Both the position numbers and the translations under genes were made by a program. From a virus, in IMG/VR virus record IMGVR_UViG_3300045541_000131, positions 64,001 through 128,000 of that record: a stretch of 64,000 nucleotides of DNA. One strand, given 5' to 3'. The notes under the pieces are model-generated. The model did not search any database, was not told the origin of the DNA, and saw only the letters and a program-made list of their open reading frames with translations. This document shows positions 26,548-36,443 of the stretch, piece after piece; position 1 is the stretch's first letter; each line of letters opens with the position of its first letter.

Positions 26548-27610
26548 ACTGATCGCTGTTTATAATTTTTTGTAAAATGTCGGATTGTTGCAAAACATCC
26601 GACATTTTTTTTGTTGTAGTAGTGTGATCAATTCCGAAAACATTACAAATATATTTTATGTGGCTTTCAGCCTTATCTAACAAACTAATGATAGAAGAAT
26701 TATCAGCAGTAGCGAAATAAGGATCGACTTTTATTAATTGATCTAAATTTTTGTTGATAATAAGATCGTGCATGTCAACATCAATAACTGTTGCTAGTTT
26801 ATTTGCTATCAAAGGCTTAAAAATTCTTTGAGCTTTGTTATTAAATTCGAATTCGATTTCTTTTTCTGACCATTGGAAGCTATTTTTTAGACGGCGGATA
26901 GCGTCTTTCGTATTAAAAAAATCTAATTTATTAAATACTGGTAGGGTTGTATTTTTTATAGTATTTTGAAAATAACAATGCTTATAGAATACCAAAACTT
27001 CACCTAACCAAAATTTATCTACAGGGAAAAAACAATTAACTATTTTGCGATAGAAAAAAGGTTGAAAAAAAGTTCTTTCTGGAAATAAATTAGATATACT
27101 GCTGGGAGCAAATTCATGTAGTTCCGAGTCATGAAATTTAACGAACGGAAAGTCGCAGTCTTTAAAGGTGTTATTATTACGATGGTATAACTCCAATACC
27201 AATTCGTGTAATTTCGTATCATCCATTTCACCAAATATATTATCAGTTTTGCCATAAACCGAATTGGTTTTTTGAGATATAAATTTTGAATTCCATTTAT
27301 CAATTGCATATTGGAATGTCACGTGAGCAAAAGCAAGATCTATTTCGATCAGATCAGAATGATAATTGCTAAGGATTTGATATATCTTTTTATATTTTTC
27401 ACGGCGATATTTTCTGTTTTGGCCAAAGATATTTCCTATACGATCTTCTACCGACCACTCAAAAGTACCATCATGAGCAAAATTCCTGACGGCCATTTCA
27501 TTGTTGTAATCAAGATGCTTGTCTACCATTAGCCTTAAAAAGAAAGCACCCATATGGCCAGGAATCCAAGAAACAGGAACTAAGTCCTTGAGATAATCAA
27601 ATTTTTCCAT
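26534..27610 (-). CDS. hypothetical AT-rich protein
   Basis: 358-aa ORF opposite to its flanks; N-terminal WIPGHMGAF loop. Confidence 0.65.
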   Translation of the reverse strand: MEKFDYLKDLVPVSWIPGHMGAFFLRLMVDKHLDYNNEMAVRNFAHDGTFEWSVEDRIGNIFGQNRKYRREKYKKIYQILSNYHSDLIEIDLAFAHVTFQYAIDKWNSKFISQKTNSVYGKTDNIFGEMDDTKLHELVLELYHRNNNTFKDCDFPFVKFHDSELHEFAPSSISNLFPERTFFQPFFYRKIVNCFFPVDKFWLGEVLVFYKHCYFQNTIKNTTLPVFNKLDFFNTKDAIRRLKNSFQWSEKEIEFEFNNKAQRIFKPLIANKLATVIDVDMHDLIINKNLDQLIKVDPYFATADNSSIISLLDKAESHIKYICNVFGIDHTTTTKKMSDVLQQSDILQKIINSDQFTLY

Positions 27611-27626
27611 TATAGTTATTTATTCA

Positions 27627-27654
27627 TTGACTCTTGTAGCACTTCTGCTATAAT
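27627..27654 (+). promoter_or_regulatory. sigma70-type promoter
   Basis: TTGACT-16 nt-TATAAT with TGn extension. Confidence 0.65.
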
Positions 27655-27706
27655 AAGACTTCATACTATAAATAAACTTGGTATATAATTAAACAAAGGA
27701 GTTTAT

Positions 27707-27919
27707 ATGACCATTCAAGATCTAAGTGTACTATTAGCTGCTATTGATGTCGCTGTTAAGCGCGGCACGTTTAGCGTTTTGGAAGTCGGACAAGTTTCTG
27801 CTGTTGCTGAAAAGCTCAATAATTTCCTAATTGAAGCTAAGAATCAAGCCGAAGCTCAACAAGCCGAACAACAAACAGCTGAAGCTCAAGCTGCTGATTC
27901 TGAACAGGCTGCTGCTTAA
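27707..27919 (+). CDS. hypothetical protein
   Basis: SD AAGGAG; TIQDL...IDVAVKRGTF...; Gln/Ala-rich tail. Confidence 0.7.
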   Translation: MTIQDLSVLLAAIDVAVKRGTFSVLEVGQVSAVAEKLNNFLIEAKNQAEAQQAEQQTAEAQAADSEQAAA

Positions 27920-27931
27920 TCGGAGATTGCA

Positions 27932-28528
27932 ATGCCCCAATTTATTAAACATGTTGGGCAAGTCGACGCAACCGGCAGGAAGTGTGTTGTGGTATTCAGA
28001 GAGGTACCGGGCGATACATCTTCCTGCTTGATTGTCGAAACCGAAAGCTTGCCACAGCAATATCATGATGATCTAATGACGGCTGTCGAATCGGAAAGTG
28101 CCCAAAGCGATCTCGACTTTTACAAGTATGCTAGTCGTAGTTCATTCCATGATGGAAGAAATATGCTAGAAGCATTACATCTGAGTGGATGGCTTAAAAA
28201 GTCTAGTAGCGGTGACATTACCATGTTACCAACTCGTGATATTTCAATCAAACTAAACGAGCTCAATTCTCAAATTAGTGACCTGGATAATACCGGAAGA
28301 ACGACTAGCGGCGACATCAGTGGCCAAGCAGAAGTTGCTGAAACTAAAAGCCCAGGTGTATTAGATGATTCGCAACTTGCTAATCAAATGCGTAGTCAGG
28401 CAGCGTATTTTCAAAAAGAAGCTCAGCGTTTGCTAGCAGAAGCCGAAGCTCTTGATCCTGCTAAGGCAGTGACAGCAGTTAGCTCGCCCGATGTTAAGCC
28501 AAAAAGAAAATACACTAAAAAAAAGTAA
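27932..28528 (+). CDS. hypothetical protein
   Basis: SD GGAG; basic tail KPKRKYTKKK. Confidence 0.7.
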   Translation: MPQFIKHVGQVDATGRKCVVVFREVPGDTSSCLIVETESLPQQYHDDLMTAVESESAQSDLDFYKYASRSSFHDGRNMLEALHLSGWLKKSSSGDITMLPTRDISIKLNELNSQISDLDNTGRTTSGDISGQAEVAETKSPGVLDDSQLANQMRSQAAYFQKEAQRLLAEAEALDPAKAVTAVSSPDVKPKRKYTKKK

Positions 28529-28544
28529 TTAAGGAATCTGACAC

Positions 28545-28850
28545 ATGGCAATTAGGAGAAAGGATCGAAGTTTTGAAGAGATCCTTAAAGATGTGGTCAT
28601 GGAAGAAGTTCCTATAGAATACATTACCCACATTCAACTCAAACTGAATAATGGCGAGATATTAGAATTTACTCAAGAAGACCTAGTCGGCATGAAAGAC
28701 GCCAGCGAAGTCCTGCGTGCTCGAGGTTTAGAGCACTTAAGAGAAAATATTTTAGACATCGAAGTTTTTATCGACAGTGCTAAAATTAAGAACAAAGTTG
28801 TTCATTACGTTAAACATTTATTGCAAAGCCAATTCGGCGAGGGAAAATGA
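28545..28850 (+). CDS. hypothetical protein
   Basis: SD AAGGA; coupled to thyX. Confidence 0.65.
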   Translation: MAIRRKDRSFEEILKDVVMEEVPIEYITHIQLKLNNGEILEFTQEDLVGMKDASEVLRARGLEHLRENILDIEVFIDSAKIKNKVVHYVKHLLQSQFGEGK

Positions 28851-29695
28851 CACAGAGATCAGAAATTAATTTTGACGAAGATAAGAACTATGTTCCTGTA
28901 TTGGATCATGGTTTCGTCGGTCTAGTTGACCATATGGGCAGTGATAGTGCTATTGTGCAGGCTGCTCGTGTCAGTTATGGTGCTGGCACTAAACAAGTTC
29001 AAGACGATCGTAACCTTATTCGTTATTTGATGCGTCACGAACATACTACTCCCTTTGAAATGTGCGAAGTCAAATTCCACATCAAGCTGCCTATCTTTGT
29101 CATGCGTCAGCTAGTGCGCCATCGCACTGCCAGTATGAACGAATATAGTGCTCGTTATAGTGTTATGACTGACGAGTTTTATATTCCCGAGCTAGAACAG
29201 ATTCAGCGTCAAAGTTCTACTAACAAACAAGGTCGCGAAGAAAGCGAATGGGGTTTTGAAGAACGACGCAATGTTCAGCATGCCTTTCAGCGTAGCTTCT
29301 TTAATGCTTATAAAGAGTACGCTAGTCTATTAGGCAAAGACAACGACGGGCTTACACGCGAGTTAGCCAGAAGTGTGCTGCCAGTGGGTGGTTATACTGA
29401 ATTGTATTGGAAAGCCAACTTGAAGAATTTCTTACACATGGCTCGCTTGCGTATGGATCCTCATGCCCAATGGGAGATTCAGGAATACGCTCGTGCCATG
29501 TACGACCTAGCCAAGCCTTTGTTTCCCGAAGCATGTCAGGCCTTTGAGGACTATGCCGTTAACACAGCTAAGTTTAGTTCGGCTGAATTTGAACTACTGA
29601 AGACGCTAATTGATCCTACGAAATGGGACGAATCTAAGGTCTCTGGACTTAGCAAACGAGAGCTTACTGAATTTAAAGCAAAGTTAGGTCTGTAA
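28847..29695 (+). CDS. thyX: Flavin-dependent thymidylate synthase
   Basis: AARVSY, HTTPFE, RHRTASMNEYSARY, HAQWEI. Confidence 0.96.
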   Translation: MTQRSEINFDEDKNYVPVLDHGFVGLVDHMGSDSAIVQAARVSYGAGTKQVQDDRNLIRYLMRHEHTTPFEMCEVKFHIKLPIFVMRQLVRHRTASMNEYSARYSVMTDEFYIPELEQIQRQSSTNKQGREESEWGFEERRNVQHAFQRSFFNAYKEYASLLGKDNDGLTRELARSVLPVGGYTELYWKANLKNFLHMARLRMDPHAQWEIQEYARAMYDLAKPLFPEACQAFEDYAVNTAKFSSAEFELLKTLIDPTKWDESKVSGLSKRELTEFKAKLGL

Positions 29696-30238
29696 AGGAT
29701 CTACACTTATTTCGTTGATGTGAACATCACCGGGCTGCTCAAGTATCCAACGGATATATTCAGCAGCCTTTCTTATTGGCATTGTTTTTCTATCTGGATG
29801 TTTGTGCTGAACATTGCTAAGTGAACCAAAGCTGATTAGCGTAACTCGAGGATTGTTGGCCCACACGCCTGTCATGCCTAAACTGTTGGCATAATCTCTC
29901 AGAGCTTTCTTTTCTGCGTTGTATAACCAATCAGTGGCTTTGTTTACCCTATCTGTAGTGCTGCCAATACAAATGATTAATGTACGCTTGTTTTCTGCTT
30001 TAAGTTTTTTATAAACTGCTTCAAGCAATAGCGTTTGATTAAATTTCCATAATGCGCTACAAAGAATGACTATATCATAGTCTACTGTCATGGCGGCGAA
30101 TTCTTGCTGTTTGTCACCTTTAGTTAGATCCATACCCATAGTCGATCTACTTACAAAGGTTAGTTCGTAGTCAGCTAATTCTTGTTTTATTTCATGAGCT
30201 AACCCATATTCAGGATTGCCTGCTACAAGTATTTTCAT
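29684..30238 (-). CDS. short-chain dehydrogenase/reductase-like protein
   Basis: ILVAG...YGLA, IGS, YNAEK (YxxxK). Confidence 0.75.
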   Translation of the reverse strand: MKILVAGNPEYGLAHEIKQELADYELTFVSRSTMGMDLTKGDKQQEFAAMTVDYDIVILCSALWKFNQTLLLEAVYKKLKAENKRTLIICIGSTTDRVNKATDWLYNAEKKALRDYANSLGMTGVWANNPRVTLISFGSLSNVQHKHPDRKTMPIRKAAEYIRWILEQPGDVHINEISVDPLQT

Positions 30239-31563
30239 TTGAACAGTTCCTCGTATTCATGGGCAATATCTAATATACTGTGGCCGCGAGCTTGATCTAG
30301 GTATTTGGTAAACTTAACGAACTCAGGGAGTTTGTCGCTGTAGTCTGCTCCTAGTGCGTACTTGGTTATGCTGTTTAAAATACTGGCAGCATTTTTAGCT
30401 ATATCATCCTCGAAGTTATCTGCAAAGTAAGCTATTTCTCTAGCGTAGTATTCAACTAGTTGCTGTTTAAGCTCCGGGGTCAATATTCTAATGTTTACTC
30501 TCTTAGGGCCATGTGCTACGTGATGAGTTATGATAGGACGCTTCTTAGTTGAGTTAATCTTTTTAAATCCGCTTTCCAGTAGCTTCCAACGCATAAATGT
30601 AGGTATGTGCCAAACATTATATGCTGTTACTGTACAGGCCATCCATGGCAGTATGTTGCTATTCTTTTGTGCGTACTCATCTAGTTTTTGTAGATTTTTA
30701 TATGCTTGTGTCCACTTTAAAGGCCAACGTTGATATTCTACTACCGCACCCATACCGTCCATGCTGGCACCAACTCTTACCTGCTTGAACTTTGTCCACA
30801 TGTCTAGTACACGATTAGGCAAGTTACTCATGTTAGTATTGTATTCTAGAATCATTTTGCCAGCTTGTCCCATGTCAATACATTTTTGCAAGAACTCATA
30901 ATGACGTTCAATCATCATAGGTTCACCGCCGGCCATATAAACATGCTTTAGGTTAGGAATGTTAGCTTCAATCTGCTGCCAAAATGTTTCGCTACTGTGC
31001 CAGTCATAGTCTCGAGTAGTTAATCTTCCGTTTTCATTGCGTGTTAGTTTAACTGTGCCATGTGTGTCTTTGTACTCGTTGCTGCCGTGATATTCAGTCC
31101 ATTGTTCATACCAAGTGTGACTATCTGTTGGGCCGCACATACGGCAAGCAAGATTACATAAGTTACCAAAACGTAGATCATAATATTCTAAGTTTGGCTC
31201 TTTAATTGTGCCATCTTCAGCAGTAACATATCTAGCATCGTCAATGCTGAACTTCCAGTTATCTAGTTCATATTGCCTGCGACTGTTAAGGCCGGCAGCT
31301 TCTTCTTGCTGACAGCGACCACATTCCTGGCTCCATTCACCAACTAGCATATTCTTACGAACTTCACGCATAAGCTCAGCATTTCGAGCTTCAGTCATGT
31401 TGTCCATGGCAGCATTGTATGGTGTGCCGTCTGGTTTGCGAACAACGCCTTGATTTTCAGTTACATTAGCTTGACAGCATATACGGATATCGCCGTTGTT
31501 GCGTACTGCTTGAAATATCCATGGTATAGGACAAAAAGTAGTTGTCATTAGAATTTCATCCAA
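30235..31563 (-). CDS. radical SAM protein, type A (N-terminal Cys-rich SPASM/twitch-like region)
   Basis: FCPIPW..CC..CGRC; CNLACRMC; AGGEP; YNTN. Confidence 0.9.
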   Translation of the reverse strand: MDEILMTTTFCPIPWIFQAVRNNGDIRICCQANVTENQGVVRKPDGTPYNAAMDNMTEARNAELMREVRKNMLVGEWSQECGRCQQEEAAGLNSRRQYELDNWKFSIDDARYVTAEDGTIKEPNLEYYDLRFGNLCNLACRMCGPTDSHTWYEQWTEYHGSNEYKDTHGTVKLTRNENGRLTTRDYDWHSSETFWQQIEANIPNLKHVYMAGGEPMMIERHYEFLQKCIDMGQAGKMILEYNTNMSNLPNRVLDMWTKFKQVRVGASMDGMGAVVEYQRWPLKWTQAYKNLQKLDEYAQKNSNILPWMACTVTAYNVWHIPTFMRWKLLESGFKKINSTKKRPIITHHVAHGPKRVNIRILTPELKQQLVEYYAREIAYFADNFEDDIAKNAASILNSITKYALGADYSDKLPEFVKFTKYLDQARGHSILDIAHEYEELFK

Positions 31564-32348
31564 TTTATATATTTTTCTATCGGGCCGGCTGGCACCACAA
31601 AATCATCATGATTAATAACCAGTTCTTCGTATTTTTTATTTTCGATTAGATTAGATATTTTTTCAAATAATATCAAGTTATTCTCGTCGGACAAGTGATT
31701 TTTTCGTTGATCTCTTAATACTCGGTGCTGTTGTACGTCAGCATATCCAAGATGAAGTCCGTTGTCTGAATATTTACTTTTATAATCTAATTGTTCTAAT
31801 TCCCAAAAACACAATTTAAGTAAACTATTGTTGTCCATCGACGATGCGTCAATGAATATCAGATTTTTTTCTTTTTTAATTTTTTCAGCAAGAATTTTAT
31901 TTGTATCTTCGATGTAATCAAAGTCTATCCAATTCTCATAACTAAATTTGACATTCTCGACGATTTGTAATTTTTTTAATAATTTAGAGTCATTGGGTTT
32001 GTTTTTTATCACCGCTTTTAATCGATTTTCTAATATTTCTATAGACGAGTGTCCAATGTACCACGAATGGTTAATGTTTCTTAATTCGTCGACATCCTTC
32101 AATAGTAAACTTAGTTTATCAGAATGAAATCTATTTGTAGATGGGCAGACAAAAATATTAACATCGTGGCTATGTTTATTGCGAAGGTAATCAATATAAC
32201 ACTTGTATGGCGATTTGCCTGGATTTGCGTAATTAATTACTTGGTATTTTGTTTTTAATAATTCTACCCAGCTAGGACCTAAATCAAGACTATCATGATT
32301 GACTTCAGCAAAACTATCCCCGTATATACCTACAGAGATATTACTCAT
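31548..32348 (-). CDS. SGNH/GDSL-like hydrolase or acyltransferase
   Basis: IYGDSF, NYANPGKS, terminal RKNHL. Confidence 0.65.
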   Translation of the reverse strand: MSNISVGIYGDSFAEVNHDSLDLGPSWVELLKTKYQVINYANPGKSPYKCYIDYLRNKHSHDVNIFVCPSTNRFHSDKLSLLLKDVDELRNINHSWYIGHSSIEILENRLKAVIKNKPNDSKLLKKLQIVENVKFSYENWIDFDYIEDTNKILAEKIKKEKNLIFIDASSMDNNSLLKLCFWELEQLDYKSKYSDNGLHLGYADVQQHRVLRDQRKNHLSDENNLILFEKISNLIENKKYEELVINHDDFVVPAGPIEKYINWMKF

Positions 32349-33507
32349 AAGTTTTATCTCCGGGGAATAACGGTAACTTTGTGCCTGGGGCACGTTTTGG
32401 TATCTTGCTATCAGCACTACTTACACAGCTCTTACCCCCGCAAGGCATTGGCTTGTCATAGAGCTTAAAACCTGTTTCAATGTGACCCAAAGGAACTTCG
32501 ACGCAACTATAACTACGCTTTACTGTTCCATCCGGTTCGCGAATAATAATACTGCGATAACCACTGCTACACTCCCAACCCTGAAAGTTATTAAAGTTAA
32601 AAGCATTAAAACGTTCAGCTTGATCCATGAACCATGGCTTGCCGTCCTTGTCGATGAATTCAACTTGATAATGTGCCGGCACATCAACTTGCTGTTTACG
32701 TTGTGGGTCAGCTCGGTCAATCATGTAAGTTGGCTTAGGTCTCTCTATTAGGCCAGCCGCTCGAGCCTTTTGCTCAGTATAAGCTCTCTGTGGCATGCCG
32801 TTGTGTAGCTTGGCTAGCATGTCTTCAGTATAGCCTTCTACCACACGACTGGCAGTAGGATCGCTTTGTGGCTTTAGTGTAACATTAATACCACGCTCAT
32901 GGAAGTAAAGTGCTAGGTCATAAATCTCATAGAATTGCTCAGGAACCATAACCATGTTAATGGTTATTTGTGTGTCATACTCCTGGCACAATACTAGCTT
33001 GTCAGCAAATTCGGCAACCTTCTCCTGTGTGTTAACATGCTCTCTGTGGCAGCTGGCCGTAATACTAGCACGATGGAAATGACGAACTGCCGGCACATAC
33101 TTTTGTTCAAACCACTTTAAAGGTCTGCTCATATTGCTGGTCATATGAACGCTGGTATAGTTTGTATTGGCTACATCTGCGTTTAGATGTTCTAGTATGT
33201 CAATATAAGCAGGATGAAATGTAGGTTCGCCTCCACTTAGACTAAAGTGGAAACTGTTAAAGCCGCGCTCGCGGGCCTGTCGTTTTATCTCGTCTACAGT
33301 TTTAAGCATCAACGGTGTAGGACGATGATCTTTCGTATCGCTACGAGCATATGGCCAACAATAGCTACAACGATAATTACAGTAGCGACCTAGTAGCCAA
33401 CTAACTGTAAACATATCACGATATAACATTGTGCGTTGTCCTACGCGAACAAGATCCTTGTAGGGTATTTTGGTAAAATCGTAATCGCTGGTTTTTAAAT
33501 CACTCAT
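32341..33507 (-). CDS. radical SAM protein, type C
   Basis: CNYRCSYC, SGGEP, C-terminal GWEC...SC...C...CVSSAD. Confidence 0.9.
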   Translation of the reverse strand: MSDLKTSDYDFTKIPYKDLVRVGQRTMLYRDMFTVSWLLGRYCNYRCSYCWPYARSDTKDHRPTPLMLKTVDEIKRQARERGFNSFHFSLSGGEPTFHPAYIDILEHLNADVANTNYTSVHMTSNMSRPLKWFEQKYVPAVRHFHRASITASCHREHVNTQEKVAEFADKLVLCQEYDTQITINMVMVPEQFYEIYDLALYFHERGINVTLKPQSDPTASRVVEGYTEDMLAKLHNGMPQRAYTEQKARAAGLIERPKPTYMIDRADPQRKQQVDVPAHYQVEFIDKDGKPWFMDQAERFNAFNFNNFQGWECSSGYRSIIIREPDGTVKRSYSCVEVPLGHIETGFKLYDKPMPCGGKSCVSSADSKIPKRAPGTKLPLFPGDKTYE

Positions 33508-33524
33508 TTTATTAATAAAATTCT

Positions 33525-34232
33525 TTATAAATTTGTTATATAAAAAGTCTGAAATGGAGGCTGTACATATTCGTCTATGTCAATATTTACTTCTTCGCCA
33601 GACAACCATTTTAAAACATTTCTAAAGAAAATTGCATTGTTTTCAGCTGACATGTGTGCATGTCTATAATCTGCCGTCTGGGCCCAATTTATGTCTAAGC
33701 TCCAGCCGTCTAACTCTTTGAAAGAAATATCCTTCATATATGATTTTCCTTTATAAAAATTAGATGTCGCTGAGCAAGCAGGAATTAATACTGCGTCGGG
33801 TCTTTTATCTAAAATATCTTTAATCATAAGGTTATACACATATGAATCATAATCATCATTTTGTATATATTGAAAATAATCCTTTACCGCAGTTAAAATT
33901 TTTAACTTTTGTAAATCGTTATCATTATACTTTTTAAGTTGACTCAGTTGGAACAATTGTCTTTCAACTGACGGCAGGCCCGCTTGATGTCGTCTGAGAT
34001 CTTTGATGTGGTGATCGGGCAAATATATTCTATTAACATCAGTGACTACAAAAATAATTTTATCAAAATCATGATGATTTTTTAAAAACTGATCCACTGA
34101 ATAAAACAGACTAGATCCTTGCTCGGCAAAATTTTTGACATCATGTATCTCAGACAGCAAATCCATCCAACTTGCTGTGGGGTTCCTAGGATTATTTGCA
34201 GCAAAGCTATCGCCAAATATAGCTATTTTCAT
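33525..34232 (-). CDS. SGNH/GDSL-like protein
   Basis: IFGDSF, NFAEQGSS, RHAHM. Confidence 0.65.
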   Translation of the reverse strand: MKIAIFGDSFAANNPRNPTASWMDLLSEIHDVKNFAEQGSSLFYSVDQFLKNHHDFDKIIFVVTDVNRIYLPDHHIKDLRRHQAGLPSVERQLFQLSQLKKYNDNDLQKLKILTAVKDYFQYIQNDDYDSYVYNLMIKDILDKRPDAVLIPACSATSNFYKGKSYMKDISFKELDGWSLDINWAQTADYRHAHMSAENNAIFFRNVLKWLSGEEVNIDIDEYVQPPFQTFYITNL

Positions 34233-34462
34233 TCTTCGCTTTCATAAACGAACTTAATGTCCCGGCCCGGGCCAACTTCACTGGGCATGCCGCCGTATTC
34301 TTTTATATACCATTCTATGGCGGCTACATACCAACCTTGACTATTATGTCTACTGGCAATATTAAACTTGTAAATATTATCATTGGTGGCAGGCATGGTG
34401 CTGATAACTCGAGCGGCCTCTAACTGTAGTCGACGTAAAGGTAAATCTTTTATATCAGTCAT
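34229..34462 (-). CDS. hypothetical 77-aa protein
   Basis: ATGA-coupled on both sides within the radical SAM operon. Confidence 0.65.
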   Translation of the reverse strand: MTDIKDLPLRRLQLEAARVISTMPATNDNIYKFNIASRHNSQGWYVAAIEWYIKEYGGMPSEVGPGRDIKFVYESEE

Positions 34463-35658
34463 AGGTCTAAGTTGTCCAATAGTTTAACTAATTGATCTGT
34501 CTTTTTGTAAGACTGTTTCTTTAAAAGAAATTCTTCGGCTATTTGTTTGTAATTGGGTTTGTACGAACTGCCAATCCTGCGGCGCATTTGCTGTAGGTAA
34601 TCTTGAAAATTTTCTTTGTATACATAATTTATATCTGTTGCCCGCGCTATAGCCGCTTCAGCTAGGTCAATGTATTTGACATAAGATTCTGGCAAATATG
34701 CTATGTCCATTTCATCTGGCCAGCTGGTAAAATTGCCGTACCATGTAAATTCTTTTGTCGGTGCGTGTTGTCTAAACTGTTCATGTACCCAATCAATATA
34801 TTGATGAAATGTTTTGAGACTAAACACGTTGGCTGTGGGACTCATTACTATAAGTTCTGTGTTGGCATGGCTAATATACTTGACAAAGTTTTCGCCGAAC
34901 CGCTGCCAATTTAACCCGTGTCGAATAAGCTCTGCTGTTTCACCGTAACTTTCATTGCTGATTCCTATACCCCAAACTAGCTTGCTGGTATCTAACTTAG
35001 CGATAATTTTATCCATTAGAAATCGCTTGCTGTTGGCATTGGTGCAGATTTCCAAACGAATCTTCTTTGTTGTATTAGCAGCACAAGATTCAATGAAATC
35101 AACTAGTTCATAAAAACGTTCGCTGGCTGTAGGTTCACCGCCTAAGAAAATAAACACCAATTGTTCAGCAGTCAGGTCAGTTCTGCTGATATAGTTTTGA
35201 ATCCAGGACTTAAACACTTCATAATCATTTTCTTTGGTTAAGTCTTGATAGGGTTCGTTTTGTTCCTGCGCTACTTTACTGCTGCTCCATGCACTACAGT
35301 AGATACAGCTCATGTCACAGGTTCTATCTGTTTTTATTTCAATGTAATTAATGTGCCTATCGTCATTGAGAATTTCTCGATGATTTTCAATGTAAGAATC
35401 CTGCCAACGATTGGCCCAATCCCTATAGGCACTTTGACCTTTACTGTAGTCGTTCCAACAGCTAACACAGTCAGAATGTGCGATATTGGACAGACTTTGA
35501 AGCCTGCGACTTTGTATTTTATCGCTGTTGCTGATAAATTGTTCGGTTAATGTTTCCGGAAACGAATAGGTTTTAGCCTTACAGCAGTGCTTTAATGTTC
35601 TGGTTTCAAAGTCAATGTTAATATCTGTCCAGGATTTGGAGCAGTAAGTTTTTGTCAT
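34459..35658 (-). CDS. radical SAM protein, type A
   Basis: YCSKSW..HCC..CVSCW; CDMSCIYC; LGGEP. Confidence 0.88.
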   Translation of the reverse strand: MTKTYCSKSWTDINIDFETRTLKHCCKAKTYSFPETLTEQFISNSDKIQSRRLQSLSNIAHSDCVSCWNDYSKGQSAYRDWANRWQDSYIENHREILNDDRHINYIEIKTDRTCDMSCIYCSAWSSSKVAQEQNEPYQDLTKENDYEVFKSWIQNYISRTDLTAEQLVFIFLGGEPTASERFYELVDFIESCAANTTKKIRLEICTNANSKRFLMDKIIAKLDTSKLVWGIGISNESYGETAELIRHGLNWQRFGENFVKYISHANTELIVMSPTANVFSLKTFHQYIDWVHEQFRQHAPTKEFTWYGNFTSWPDEMDIAYLPESYVKYIDLAEAAIARATDINYVYKENFQDYLQQMRRRIGSSYKPNYKQIAEEFLLKKQSYKKTDQLVKLLDNLDL

Positions 35659-35708
35659 GATAAATTTATTTTGACAAGAAAATGTCAATGCAGTTCATAA
35701 ATATTTAT

Positions 35709-36443
35709 ATGAGCGATATACTAAACGAATATGGTATCAGCAAAGAACCAATCGAATCCTTTGCTAAAAGAAATGACTTCGCTGCCAACAAGCCTTACCC
35801 ACAAAATTTAACTTCTGGCCAGGAAGTTAACAAAAGCCCGGACATTGCCTTCCTACCAATCGACTGGGAAACTGAACAAGATTGGCAGGGTATGCACGAA
35901 GAAGCTAAAAGGTTAAGCAAGCACTTTGTTCCCCATAGACATCATGAAAGTCATCGTGGATGGAGCAGTTTGTGTATTCACGGCCTAAGCAGCATTCATA
36001 CTGAAAGCAGTCATACTTATGGATTCACTGATGATACTGCGCCATGGCGTTGGACTGATGTAGCAGATTGGTGTCCGAAAATTACTGACTTCTTTAAGAA
36101 TCAATTTGATTATAAGAAGTATTTTAGAATTAGAATAATGAAGTTAGCTCCGGGCGGTTATGTAATACCACACAAAGACAGTTTGAAACAGGAAGAAAAT
36201 CATATAGGCCCTATTAATTTTGCACTGAACAATCCCGAAGGCTGTAAATTTTACATGGACAACGTGGGATACTTACCATGGCAACAAGGTCGTGCAATTA
36301 AGTTAAATTTATACAACGTTCATGCGGTTTACAATGACAGCAACGAAGATAGATATCATGTAATCATTCATGGTCATATGGGTCCAAGTTGGATGGATAG
36401 AATTTACAATAACTACAATACATGGAAAAAGGTTTATGCTTAA
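35709..36443 (+). CDS. Asp/Asn beta-hydroxylase-like 2OG-Fe(II) oxygenase
   Basis: RIMKLAPGGYVIPHKD, HAVYN, RYHVIIH. Confidence 0.8.
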   Translation: MSDILNEYGISKEPIESFAKRNDFAANKPYPQNLTSGQEVNKSPDIAFLPIDWETEQDWQGMHEEAKRLSKHFVPHRHHESHRGWSSLCIHGLSSIHTESSHTYGFTDDTAPWRWTDVADWCPKITDFFKNQFDYKKYFRIRIMKLAPGGYVIPHKDSLKQEENHIGPINFALNNPEGCKFYMDNVGYLPWQQGRAIKLNLYNVHAVYNDSNEDRYHVIIHGHMGPSWMDRIYNNYNTWKKVYA

